The translations under genes were made by a program, and so were the position numbers. Below the pieces are notes generated by a model that did no database searches, was not told the DNA's origin, and saw only the letters and a program-made list of their open reading frames with translations. Shown in pieces: positions 26,891 through 35,557 of a DNA stretch of 64,000 nt; the first letter of the stretch is position 1; every line of letters begins with the position of its first letter. The stretch comes from Clostridia bacterium DTU065 (lineage in GTDB: Bacteria; Bacillota; DTU065), in NCBI GenBank assembly GCA_001512545.1, contig LFSI01000087.1, forward strand, positions 22,242-86,241, written 5' to 3'.

Positions 26891-28360
26891 ATGACCGAGA
26901 AAACTCAGCGTAAGAAGTTCGACGTCCTGATCATCGGCGGTGGTGTTGTTGGCACTGCTGTGGCCAGAAGTCTGGCCAAGTTGAAACTGAAAACAGCACT
27001 GGTGGAAAAGGAAGTGGAACTGGCCTTCGGCACGACCAAGGCCAACAGCGGTATTGTTCATGCAGGCTTTCACAACGAGCCAGGGAGCCTGAAAGCCATC
27101 CTCTGTGTAAAAGGATGCGACATGTTCCCCCAGGTCTGCGAGGAACTGGATGTACCCTTTAAAGAAAACGGTGTGCTGATGGTCGCCACAAGCGATCGGG
27201 AGCTCCCTCTTCTCCATAAGTTCTACGAACAGGGAATCCAAAACGGTGTGCGCGACCTTGAGTTAATAGATCGCGATCGCGTTTTTGAGCTGGAACCTAA
27301 TCTTTCGAGAGATATTGTGGCCGGCTTGTTTGCCCCTCACGGCGGCATCGTCTCCCCCTTTGAGCTGGCCATCTACCAGGGAGTAAATGCAGAGAAAAAC
27401 GGAGTGGAAATCTTTCTCGACGCAGCAGTGGAAAATGTTGTAGATCGCGGAAATTACATTGAAGTCGCTACCAAGAAGGGCACCTTCGAAGCGGCACTGG
27501 TAGTTAACTGCGCAGGTCTGTTTGCTGACGACATTGCGCAAATGGTGGGAGATACCAGCTTTGCCATCAGGCCTAGAAAAGGTGAAGAGTACCTATTGGA
27601 TAAAAGGGTTGGTAATCTTGTCACCAGCACCATCTTCCCCCTACCTTCAGAAAACTCCAAGGGCATTCTGGTGATACCTACCGCCCACGGAAACCTCATG
27701 ATCGGACCTACAGCTTTGGAGATGCAGGAGCGCGAAGATCTCTCCACTACCCAAGAGGGTCTGGAGGTCATCTACCAGTCTGCATCTAAGTTGGTCAAGG
27801 GGATCAGCAGAAGAGACATTATCGCTTCCTTTGCAGGAGTCAGAGCCGCAAGCGACAGAGGCGACTTTGTTATCGAGTTCTCCAAGGTCGCACCTAGGTT
27901 GCTTAACGTTGCAGGTATAGAGTCTCCGGGCCTTACGGCAGCACCGGCAATTGGCGAAATGGTGCTGGAGATGATCAAGGACTGGTGCAAAGATCGCGGG
28001 ATTCCTGTAGAAGAGAATCACGATTTCAATCCGCGCCTCCCTAAACGAGTACGCTTGCAGGATATAGATGATCCCAGACTTGAGGAGATGATCGCCAAAG
28101 ACCGACGCTATGCCCATGCTGTCTGCCGCTGCGAGCTGGTTTCCGAAGCGGAGATCGTTGAAGCCATCCAAAACGGAGCCAGGACTCTCGATGGCATCAA
28201 GCTGAGAACCAGAGCGGGCATGGGGCGCTGCCAGGGCGGGTTCTGCACTCCCAAAGTTCTGCAGATTATGGCAAGAGAGTTAAACGTCCCCATCACCAGC
28301 ATTACCAAACGAGGCGGGGACTCGGTGATTGTACCCTACAAAACGAAAGAACTGATTTAG
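26891..28360 (+). CDS. FAD-dependent oxidoreductase with C-terminal BFD-like [2Fe-2S] domain (GlpA-like glycerol-3-phosphate dehydrogenase family)
   Basis: N-terminal GxGxxG (DVLIIGGGVVG) and C-terminal CRCELVSEAEI...GMGRCQGGFC (BFD-like). Confidence 0.75.
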   Translation: MTEKTQRKKFDVLIIGGGVVGTAVARSLAKLKLKTALVEKEVELAFGTTKANSGIVHAGFHNEPGSLKAILCVKGCDMFPQVCEELDVPFKENGVLMVATSDRELPLLHKFYEQGIQNGVRDLELIDRDRVFELEPNLSRDIVAGLFAPHGGIVSPFELAIYQGVNAEKNGVEIFLDAAVENVVDRGNYIEVATKKGTFEAALVVNCAGLFADDIAQMVGDTSFAIRPRKGEEYLLDKRVGNLVTSTIFPLPSENSKGILVIPTAHGNLMIGPTALEMQEREDLSTTQEGLEVIYQSASKLVKGISRRDIIASFAGVRAASDRGDFVIEFSKVAPRLLNVAGIESPGLTAAPAIGEMVLEMIKDWCKDRGIPVEENHDFNPRLPKRVRLQDIDDPRLEEMIAKDRRYAHAVCRCELVSEAEIVEAIQNGARTLDGIKLRTRAGMGRCQGGFCTPKVLQIMARELNVPITSITKRGGDSVIVPYKTKELI

Positions 28361-28380
28361 TTGGAAGGAGCCCCAAGAAA

Positions 28381-29628
28381 ATGCTTAAATGGCAAAAAGA
28401 CTTAGTGATAATAGGCGGCGGACCAGCAGGACTTGCAGCAGCCATCGCCGCAAGAGACGAAGGGATCGAAGACCTGATTGTTCTCGAACGTCACTCGGAA
28501 CTTGGCGGTATTCTCAACCAATGTATTCACAATGGTTTTGGCCTGCATTACTTCAAAGAAGAGCTCACAGGTCCGGAGTATGCCGAACGCTTCATCGAGG
28601 AACTACAGAAAAAGAATGTACCCTTCCTTACAGACGCTATGGTAATCAGTTTAAGTCCCGACAAAAAACTGCTGGTGGCCTCTAAGGAACACGGCCTTGT
28701 AGAAATCGAGGCTAAAGCAGTTGTTCTTGCCATGGGCTGTAGGGAAAGAACTCGAGCAGCGATCACCATTCCCGGAACAAGACCTAGCGGAGTCTTCACC
28801 GCTGGCACCGTCCAAGCTCTCATTAACATCGAAGGGCTGATGCCGGGCAGGCGAGCGGTTATTGTCGGTTCAGGAGACATCGGACTGATCATGGCAAGGC
28901 GCCTAACTCTTGAAGGAGCACAAGTGCTTGCAGTAGTGGAGATCATGGACTATCCAGGTGGGCTAAACAGAAACATCGCCCAGTGCCTCGAGGATTTCGA
29001 CATCCCCCTCTACCTCAGCCACACCATTGCAGATATCCAGGGCAAGGATCGGGTGGAAAAGGTCTTGGTTGCACCTGTCGACGAAAACAGGCAGCCGATT
29101 TTGGATAAGGCATTTCCCCTGGAGTGCGACACTTTGGTGCTTTCTGTCGGCCTCATCCCTGAAAATGAGCTGTCGCTTGAGGCCGGCGTCGAGCTGGACA
29201 AAACCACCGGAGGCCCAATCGTTTCTGAGTACTTGGAGACCACCACTTCGGGCATCTTCGCCTGCGGCAACGTGCTTCAGGTCCACGACCTTGTGGACAA
29301 CGTTACTGCAGAGAGCATTAGAGCAGGCAAAATGGCCGCAAACTACGTGAAAAGCGGCACTCTTCCAGCCTGCGGCACCGAAACCAAAGCCGGTGACAAT
29401 GTCCGCTACGTTGTACCTCAGAAAATCAGCAAAACCGAAGACGTGGAATTCTTCCTTAGAGCAGCCAGACCTATGGATAGGCCTACTTTGGTAGTGGGAG
29501 ACTCCCTCTACACCAAAAAAATGCGTGAAGCGAAACCTGGCGAGATGATTTCGGTGAAAATCCCTAAGGAAAAACTCCAAAGCTTCACAGGTAGTGAACT
29601 GACATTTGCACTGAGGGAGGGGATCTAA
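28381..29628 (+). CDS. NAD(P)/FAD-dependent pyridine nucleotide-disulfide oxidoreductase (second subunit of the triad)
   Basis: Two Rossmann motifs (VIIGGGPAGLAAA and AVIVGSGDIG). Confidence 0.75.
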   Translation: MLKWQKDLVIIGGGPAGLAAAIAARDEGIEDLIVLERHSELGGILNQCIHNGFGLHYFKEELTGPEYAERFIEELQKKNVPFLTDAMVISLSPDKKLLVASKEHGLVEIEAKAVVLAMGCRERTRAAITIPGTRPSGVFTAGTVQALINIEGLMPGRRAVIVGSGDIGLIMARRLTLEGAQVLAVVEIMDYPGGLNRNIAQCLEDFDIPLYLSHTIADIQGKDRVEKVLVAPVDENRQPILDKAFPLECDTLVLSVGLIPENELSLEAGVELDKTTGGPIVSEYLETTTSGIFACGNVLQVHDLVDNVTAESIRAGKMAANYVKSGTLPACGTETKAGDNVRYVVPQKISKTEDVEFFLRAARPMDRPTLVVGDSLYTKKMREAKPGEMISVKIPKEKLQSFTGSELTFALREGI

Positions 29629-30002
29629 TGGAAACCAGAACTTTTACTTGTATCTCCTGCCCCATCGGCTGCAGGTTGACCGTTGAGATAGAAGATGGAA
29701 AGATCAAAAGCATCTCCGGGAGCAAATGCCAAAGAGGCATCACCTACGCAGAAAACGAGATCTATGATCCAAAACGCACTTTAACCAGCACCATCAAAAT
29801 TGAAGGCGGTATCATAGACCAGCTGCCAGTTCGCACAAAGGACCCCATTCCCAAAGGAAAGATGAACGAAGCAATGCTTTACTTGAAAGACCTGAAGGTG
29901 AAGGCACCTGTTGCTCTCGGCGATGTGATCGAAGCCGATTTCCTGGGAACTGGGGTAGCGCTGATTGCGACACGCACAGTTAAGGAAAAACGCATTTCAT
30001 AG
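29628..30002 (+). CDS. DUF1667-domain protein (small Cys-containing third subunit)
   Basis: Reads CISCPIGCRL...GSKCQRG. ATGG overlap with the upstream gene. Confidence 0.7.
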   Translation: METRTFTCISCPIGCRLTVEIEDGKIKSISGSKCQRGITYAENEIYDPKRTLTSTIKIEGGIIDQLPVRTKDPIPKGKMNEAMLYLKDLKVKAPVALGDVIEADFLGTGVALIATRTVKEKRIS

Positions 30003-30065
30003 GTGGAAAACCGTCTGAGTCAAACGTTTTTCGAAAAACAGAACACTTTCATCTGAAACAAAACA

Positions 30066-30104
30066 AACGGCAGAAGGAGCTTGAGTTTTCCTTCTGCCGT
30101 TTTC
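30066..30104. terminator. Bidirectional terminator
   Basis: acggcagaaggagcttgagttttccttctgccgtttt. Confidence 0.65.
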
Positions 30105-30135
30105 ATTCCCATTGCCCTCTGAGGCAGTGTGTATC

Positions 30136-30603
30136 CTACCAGGTGTACGAAATGCTTACATATGGGGCAGGTACGAAAAGCACCAGCATGATGCCTGCTC
30201 CCAAGTTGAGGTTGGATCTTTCATCCAGGGGAACCGCATAGTCTCCGCCTACACCGACATAAGGGACGAACAGACCTATGGTGCCAAACGACCAATAGGG
30301 ATTGAACGTCCTGTCTCTGTAGGGTTCGAAGTAGTTTTTCTGGCTGTAGCCGATACCAACGTTAAATCCTCTGTAGCCTGCAAGTTCGCCGCGGTCGTTA
30401 TTGATAGCCCAACCAAAGTTGGGAAAGTCGATCCCCAACACGTACTTGGCGTTCTTCAGCGAACTTCCGGCTCTGTAAGAGTAGTCCGGTGTCATTGATG
30501 CTTCCCACAAAGCACTTGAACTGGAACCTTGTGCGGCGCAAATTGACAGTGCTGCGAATACTAAGATGAAAGAAGTGAGCAACAACCTACGTTTCAACTG
30601 CAT
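30136..30603 (-). CDS. Small secreted beta-rich protein (putative 8-stranded OMP-like; paralog 1) ending ...SISYTW
   Basis: Signal peptide, alternating hydrophobic and Gly/Tyr-rich strands, C-terminal aromatic-X-W. Promoter-like TTGACG-N18-TATAAA upstream on the minus strand. Confidence 0.6.
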   Translation of the reverse strand: MQLKRRLLLTSFILVFAALSICAAQGSSSSALWEASMTPDYSYRAGSSLKNAKYVLGIDFPNFGWAINNDRGELAGYRGFNVGIGYSQKNYFEPYRDRTFNPYWSFGTIGLFVPYVGVGGDYAVPLDERSNLNLGAGIMLVLFVPAPYVSISYTW

Positions 30604-30856
30604 TACCTCCTCATTGTTTTTTCGTTCTCTAGGAGCAAATTCATAGAAATCTATGTAATTTTATATCATGATGTAAAATTGAACGTCAATGCAATTATCT
30701 GTGCAAATACTTATTCCTCCTAAGTCTGCGCCAGATTAGACCGGGAACCCCCTTGTTTTCAAGGGTTTCCTCTAATCTCCAATGAAAATAGCACCAATCG
30801 CGGTTTATACCGCAGACTGATGCTATTTTTCTGCGTTTCTGAGATATGCTATGGGC

Positions 30857-33121
30857 TTAAAAAGTCAGCCCGATGTTAAACCTGGTTTCAAAGTTGCCTC
30901 TGGGGCTTGAACCCATCTTAAGGCCAAAGACAAGGTACGGTATACCCATCTTGCTGTGGAGCTCAACCTCCCAGTGAGGTGCAATGGTATCGCTGTAGCT
31001 GATACCGACTCTGGCGTTGAAGGCAAACCAGTCGGGATTGTAGATTCTAAAGGCCAATCCTCCGCTGAAGATACTGTAGGGATCTCCTACTGTCGGAATG
31101 ATGAATCTACCCAGACCGAACACGCCTACTACACCGCCATACATATCCAAACCGGCTTCGTAGTTGGTGTATCTGGCATACTGGCCGTAACCTCCGCCGA
31201 AGTCTCCGCCGTAGCTGTCGATGCCCCCTCTTAATGTGAGGTTCTTGCTCACAGGCAGGCTGCCGGCAATGCCAATAATAAACGGTGAGTCTTCAACGTC
31301 TATGCCCATAGTTAGGGTCAGACGTTTTTCCACATTGGGAAGCAGCGAATAGGGCACCAGGTTCACGCTGTGTTCGGTTGTCTGAAGATCTCTGACTGAA
31401 ACCCGAGATCTTGAAGCTAGGTTGCCGTAGAATATCTCTACTTTGTAGGTGCCTTCGGGGAAGTCTTTCAACTCCAGAGGTGCTTTGCCGTAGGGCTTAC
31501 CGTCGATGTACACGTCTGCATCTTTAGCATTTTCTGCCTTCACGATCAAAGTTCCCACTTTGCGCTCAAGAGTCTCGTCAAAGACCAAACGTTCATTACT
31601 GTAGATGGTGAAGGTTTTGACGATGGATCTGTAGCCCTCTTTCACGATCTCGAGGGTTACAGTTCCCGGACCGGCCTCAGTGTAGGTGAGAGGCGTCATG
31701 CCTACCACTTTCCCGTCGATCAAAACCGTTGCTCTAGACGGGTTGGTGTATACTGTCACCGTTCCCGGCGGCAGCTGGAGCTTTGCGTCAATGTTCTCGC
31801 GTTTTCCGCTGGTGAACAAGAGTCTCTGCGTATGATCCTTCCAACCTGTGAGCGTCATCTTCACGTCGTGATAGCCCGGTTCAACGTAGTACGGACCTAA
31901 AGGTGTGGTTCCGATGAACTGCCCATCAAGGTAAACCGAAGCTCCGCTTGGGCTTGAGGTGAAGTACGACTCGGCAGGCGGTCCCGAAATGCTGAAGTGC
32001 ACCGGTGCAATCATGCCGGCAGTTACCCATATGGACTGTTCCTGGGTCGGGTAGCCAGGCACCACCAGCTCAAGGCGGTACAGTCCCTTAGGCAGTGTGA
32101 CTGTCAGAGGCGTTGTACCCTTCTTAACACTGTTGACGTACAGCTCGCCTGGTTTGTTGGATGTTACCGTCAGCTGCCCCGGTTTCTCCGGCAAGGCTAC
32201 ATAGACTCGCGTCACCGCATCTCCTGTGACCCTCACGATCTCAATGTGGTCGGAAGATTGTGGCTCGGTAAATCTCAGATGATAAGTTCCTTCAGGGACA
32301 TTGCGAATGGTTATTGGTGTTGTGCCGATAAAGTACCCATCAAGGAATATGCTAGCTCCTCGTGGGTTGGAGTCGATCTCTAAAGTGCCAAACGACACAA
32401 CCCCAAGCTTGCTCACAGAATCTCCCGCTCTAATGCGCAGGTAGGGATCCTGCTTAATAATTCTTCCAGTGGCCATCTTGCCATTAACCGAAGTTATCTC
32501 CACTTCGCCAACTTTGATTAGCGAGGATTTCATATACTTCAGGAAAGCCGGATCTCCCGGCTGCTCTTCGCGGTAGACGTTGAACTTCTGCCCGCGGAAT
32601 ACGCCCAGACCGGTGGTCATGATGTTTACCGTCTGTCCACTCGCAGAGATAACCTTGTGTTCATTGCTGATATTGGTCTTCAAAAGTTGCGCTAGTCCAT
32701 TTGCCAGGTTTTTGTCCAAATCGCCAGGTTTCCCAACCAAGGAGTATTGGATTGACTCTTTGCTTAACAAGTTGTAAAGCCTGAGGGTCGTCCGGTAGGA
32801 GTTGCCTTGCGGAACGATCTCCCCGATAACCACAGCATCAACTTTAGGAACCTGCGGCATACCTCCTGAGTAAGATTCGAGGAATACCCTCCTGTCGCCG
32901 ATCAGCGCCGTAACCTGAGCGCTTGTAAGAACGTTTACTTCACTGGATACGTCTCCGAGCGTTTTATACAGAGTTCCGCTGATTTTTTCAGCATCGGTCC
33001 ACTGAGAAGTGGTGTACGGCTTGACCCCGATAATTGCCACGTCGAATGCACTGGCAAAAGCAGAGATTAATAGGAGTATAATTAAACTCCACAGAGCTTT
33101 GTTTTTTCCGGAGACTGTCAT
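30857..33121 (-). CDS. PEGA-domain repeat protein (5 PEGA modules) with C-terminal beta-barrel-like domain ending ...NIGLTF
   Basis: Repeats of the form xVYxDGxxxGTTPLxxxxxxPEGTYxxxxxxxGY occur five times. The C-terminal 180 aa is Gly/aromatic-rich with alternating hydrophobics and a terminal Phe. Signal peptide present. The start is taken as ATG at 33121 (AAGGGGA 8 nt upstream); GTG at 33154 is an alternative. Confidence 0.65.
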   Translation of the reverse strand: MTVSGKNKALWSLIILLLISAFASAFDVAIIGVKPYTTSQWTDAEKISGTLYKTLGDVSSEVNVLTSAQVTALIGDRRVFLESYSGGMPQVPKVDAVVIGEIVPQGNSYRTTLRLYNLLSKESIQYSLVGKPGDLDKNLANGLAQLLKTNISNEHKVISASGQTVNIMTTGLGVFRGQKFNVYREEQPGDPAFLKYMKSSLIKVGEVEITSVNGKMATGRIIKQDPYLRIRAGDSVSKLGVVSFGTLEIDSNPRGASIFLDGYFIGTTPITIRNVPEGTYHLRFTEPQSSDHIEIVRVTGDAVTRVYVALPEKPGQLTVTSNKPGELYVNSVKKGTTPLTVTLPKGLYRLELVVPGYPTQEQSIWVTAGMIAPVHFSISGPPAESYFTSSPSGASVYLDGQFIGTTPLGPYYVEPGYHDVKMTLTGWKDHTQRLLFTSGKRENIDAKLQLPPGTVTVYTNPSRATVLIDGKVVGMTPLTYTEAGPGTVTLEIVKEGYRSIVKTFTIYSNERLVFDETLERKVGTLIVKAENAKDADVYIDGKPYGKAPLELKDFPEGTYKVEIFYGNLASRSRVSVRDLQTTEHSVNLVPYSLLPNVEKRLTLTMGIDVEDSPFIIGIAGSLPVSKNLTLRGGIDSYGGDFGGGYGQYARYTNYEAGLDMYGGVVGVFGLGRFIIPTVGDPYSIFSGGLAFRIYNPDWFAFNARVGISYSDTIAPHWEVELHSKMGIPYLVFGLKMGSSPRGNFETRFNIGLTF

Positions 33122-33260
33122 GTCAATCATCCCCTTTCTGGGAAAATCCTTCACGAAGAATATTTAAGGTTTACCTGCCCTTTCCCTCCATAAACTGTGA
33201 CTGGTGTTGCAGGTAAACGTTACCAGATTTGCCCCCGGCAAATATTAGACGATGGAAACA

Positions 33261-34370
33261 TCAACCGCGCTCCCAAAGATCCATGTAAGCGTAACTAATA
33301 ATTCCAGCCATGGTTGCAACTTTCCTAAAAGTGGTAGTAACTGGCGTCCTGTTGGGGTCTGCTTCATCTCTTTTCGGCGGGATGAAGTAGCTGATGCCTT
33401 CCTGTCCCAAGACGTTCTGTGAGATTTCGTTAAGCTGCACAGCTGCGTACTTCCTGGCTTTTTCTTGATGCCTTTGCTTCACTAGTGCAAGAAAGACTTC
33501 CGCACTCTTATTCCACGGCGAAGCCCACCATACAGACTCCACTTCTCGCAAGGAAAGATCAGCCTCGATGCACTCGATGACTTTGAGCATGGCCTGGTCT
33601 AGAACCCCGGCAAACTCGGACTTGAGCCCTTGGTCTTCCATGCCGTCTAAAATATCGTGACCGAAAGCGATGACTGTTGCCTGGTAGCCGAGACTATTGC
33701 CTACATCAACTCGGCCGTCGAAGTACTCTGCGTAAGGCCACCAGCCTTCCTGGTGAGCGCCAAAGCGCCGGATCAGATGTGCGGCCACCTCCGACGCCCA
33801 GTCGTGGTACTTCTTCTCTCCGGTTATTTGGTAAGCTCGCATCAGTGCAGCCCCAGCATAAGCGTCTCCGTTTAAGACGTCATGGTGGGTGGCATCTGGT
33901 CTTTTGTAATATACGCCTTTAACTTCAGGATGGCTCATTTTTTCAAGGAATCCAGCAGCTTTAAGAAGAATGTCTTTAGCTGCGGCAGCTTTCCCGTAGC
34001 GATATAGAAAGTACAGAGCGTCTGCTGCTGCCCCAATCTCGGCGATGTCTTTGGTCTCACCACTACCTGGAAGGATGTAGAACGGCTGCCCCAAAGCACC
34101 ATCGGCGTGCTGCCTTAGCCCAGCGCTTTCTACCAGCCCCTGAGCAATTGACAATGTATTATCATGAGAACCGTCTGCAAAAAGGGTTCCGGTAAACAAA
34201 GAAAGCGCAGCTTCTAATGTGGTGCAGCTGCTTGCCATCGAACCGAGCATTTCGTCCTTGATGTCAAAACCTGTCTCACCGGACTCCACTACCTGAGTGA
34301 GAAAGTACTGGTTAAACACATCAAGGAGCACTTCGAACTTCTGCTTCATTTCGTCTTGCCAATCTTTCAT
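33261..34370 (-). CDS. Hypothetical protein, possibly an (alpha/alpha)6-barrel hydrolase/epimerase-like fold
   Basis: About 369 aa, helix-rich, with no motifs I can assign securely. Confidence 0.4.
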   Translation of the reverse strand: MKDWQDEMKQKFEVLLDVFNQYFLTQVVESGETGFDIKDEMLGSMASSCTTLEAALSLFTGTLFADGSHDNTLSIAQGLVESAGLRQHADGALGQPFYILPGSGETKDIAEIGAAADALYFLYRYGKAAAAKDILLKAAGFLEKMSHPEVKGVYYKRPDATHHDVLNGDAYAGAALMRAYQITGEKKYHDWASEVAAHLIRRFGAHQEGWWPYAEYFDGRVDVGNSLGYQATVIAFGHDILDGMEDQGLKSEFAGVLDQAMLKVIECIEADLSLREVESVWWASPWNKSAEVFLALVKQRHQEKARKYAAVQLNEISQNVLGQEGISYFIPPKRDEADPNRTPVTTTFRKVATMAGIISYAYMDLWERG

Positions 34371-34395
34371 CGATGATCACCTCGAGTTTACTTTG

Positions 34396-34617
34396 CTATG
34401 GACGGAATTTGGCCCAAAACTCTCTGCCGTAGGTGTAGATCACCATGGCTATGATCACACTGAGCCAAACAGGAACTAAGAAGCTGAGTACATAACCTAT
34501 TAAGATAACAGAGCCCATGTTCACAAAGACCCGCGTTGAATAGAAGCGGGAAAACCGCTGTCCTCTTGCGTTTCTTCTACGTTGTCTCTGCCACTTCTTC
34601 ATATCGATGATCTTCAT
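34396..34617 (-). CDS. Small membrane protein (basic N-terminus, 2 TM), hypothetical
   Basis: An ORF 25 nt upstream of the preceding gene on the same strand. AGGAG at -13. Confidence 0.3.
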   Translation of the reverse strand: MKIIDMKKWQRQRRRNARGQRFSRFYSTRVFVNMGSVILIGYVLSFLVPVWLSVIIAMVIYTYGREFWAKFRP

Positions 34618-34874
34618 TATACCAACTCAACTCCTATAAACAGAAGTATAAACCGCTTTCTTCTGTCCTTTAGTCTATCATTTTTCGCTGTAGTCGTCAG
34701 GAATCTAGCCGAAAAAAACCTTTGGTATCTGGACCTCACCGAGCTGGGCTTTGACTTTCTTTTGTCCCTAATGTACGGTATTATGTAACTAAAAGCCAGG
34801 AGGTCTCATACTGTCGGTACATGCAGGTTGTCCTATCAAATGATCCGTTGGAGGTGTAAAAACTCAAGGCATTC

Positions 34875-35546
34875 TTGAGTCTAACCATGGAAATACTGCG
34901 CACAATCGAACTTGGTAAAACCTACCGAGATGGTGAGAAAGAAACGGAAGTTCTTCGTGGGATAAATCTTGAAATCGACGAAGGGGAGTTTGTTGCCATT
35001 GCAGGTCCTTCCGGTTCCGGCAAAAGCACGCTGCTGGGTCTTTTAGCAGGGCTCGACAGACCAACTACAGGCCAGGTGTTCATTGGCGAGACGGAGATCA
35101 CCACCCTGCCAGAAAGCCGTCTAGCCAAGATCCGCGGCAGAATGCTGGGATTTGTCTTCCAATCGTTCAACCTCATACCAACGCTGACTGCACTGGAGAA
35201 CATCGAACTGCCCATGATCTTGAACAAAAAACCAGATCCGCAAAGAGCAAGAGAGCTGCTGGATCTTGTGGGACTCTCCCACAGGAGTAGGCACTACCCC
35301 AGCCAGCTTTCAGGCGGTGAGCAGCAGAGGGTTGCTATCGCCAGAGCCCTGGTGTGCGATCCGCCCATTATTCTGGCAGACGAACCCACCGGCAACCTCG
35401 ACAGCAAGAACAGCCAAACGGTGATCGATCTGCTTCTCAGCCTGAACTCCGAGAAGCAAAAAACCATCGTTTTGGTAACTCACGATATGGATTTTGCTGC
35501 CAAAGCCCAGAGAATCGTGCACATCAATGACGGTAGGATCTCATAG
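34875..35546 (+). CDS. ABC transporter ATP-binding protein (MacB/LolD-type)
   Basis: [35 protein letters not shown]. The start may be ATG at 34887. Confidence 0.9.
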   Translation: MSLTMEILRTIELGKTYRDGEKETEVLRGINLEIDEGEFVAIAGPSGSGKSTLLGLLAGLDRPTTGQVFIGETEITTLPESRLAKIRGRMLGFVFQSFNLIPTLTALENIELPMILNKKPDPQRARELLDLVGLSHRSRHYPSQLSGGEQQRVAIARALVCDPPIILADEPTGNLDSKNSQTVIDLLLSLNSEKQKTIVLVTHDMDFAAKAQRIVHINDGRIS

Positions 35547-35557
35547 GGGGTATATCG

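Noticed and set aside
34770-34874. 12-codon uORF (MQVVLSNDPLEV) with GGAGG in the leader of the MacB-like ATPase gene
   Set aside because: It is too short and unconserved to call. It could be chance.
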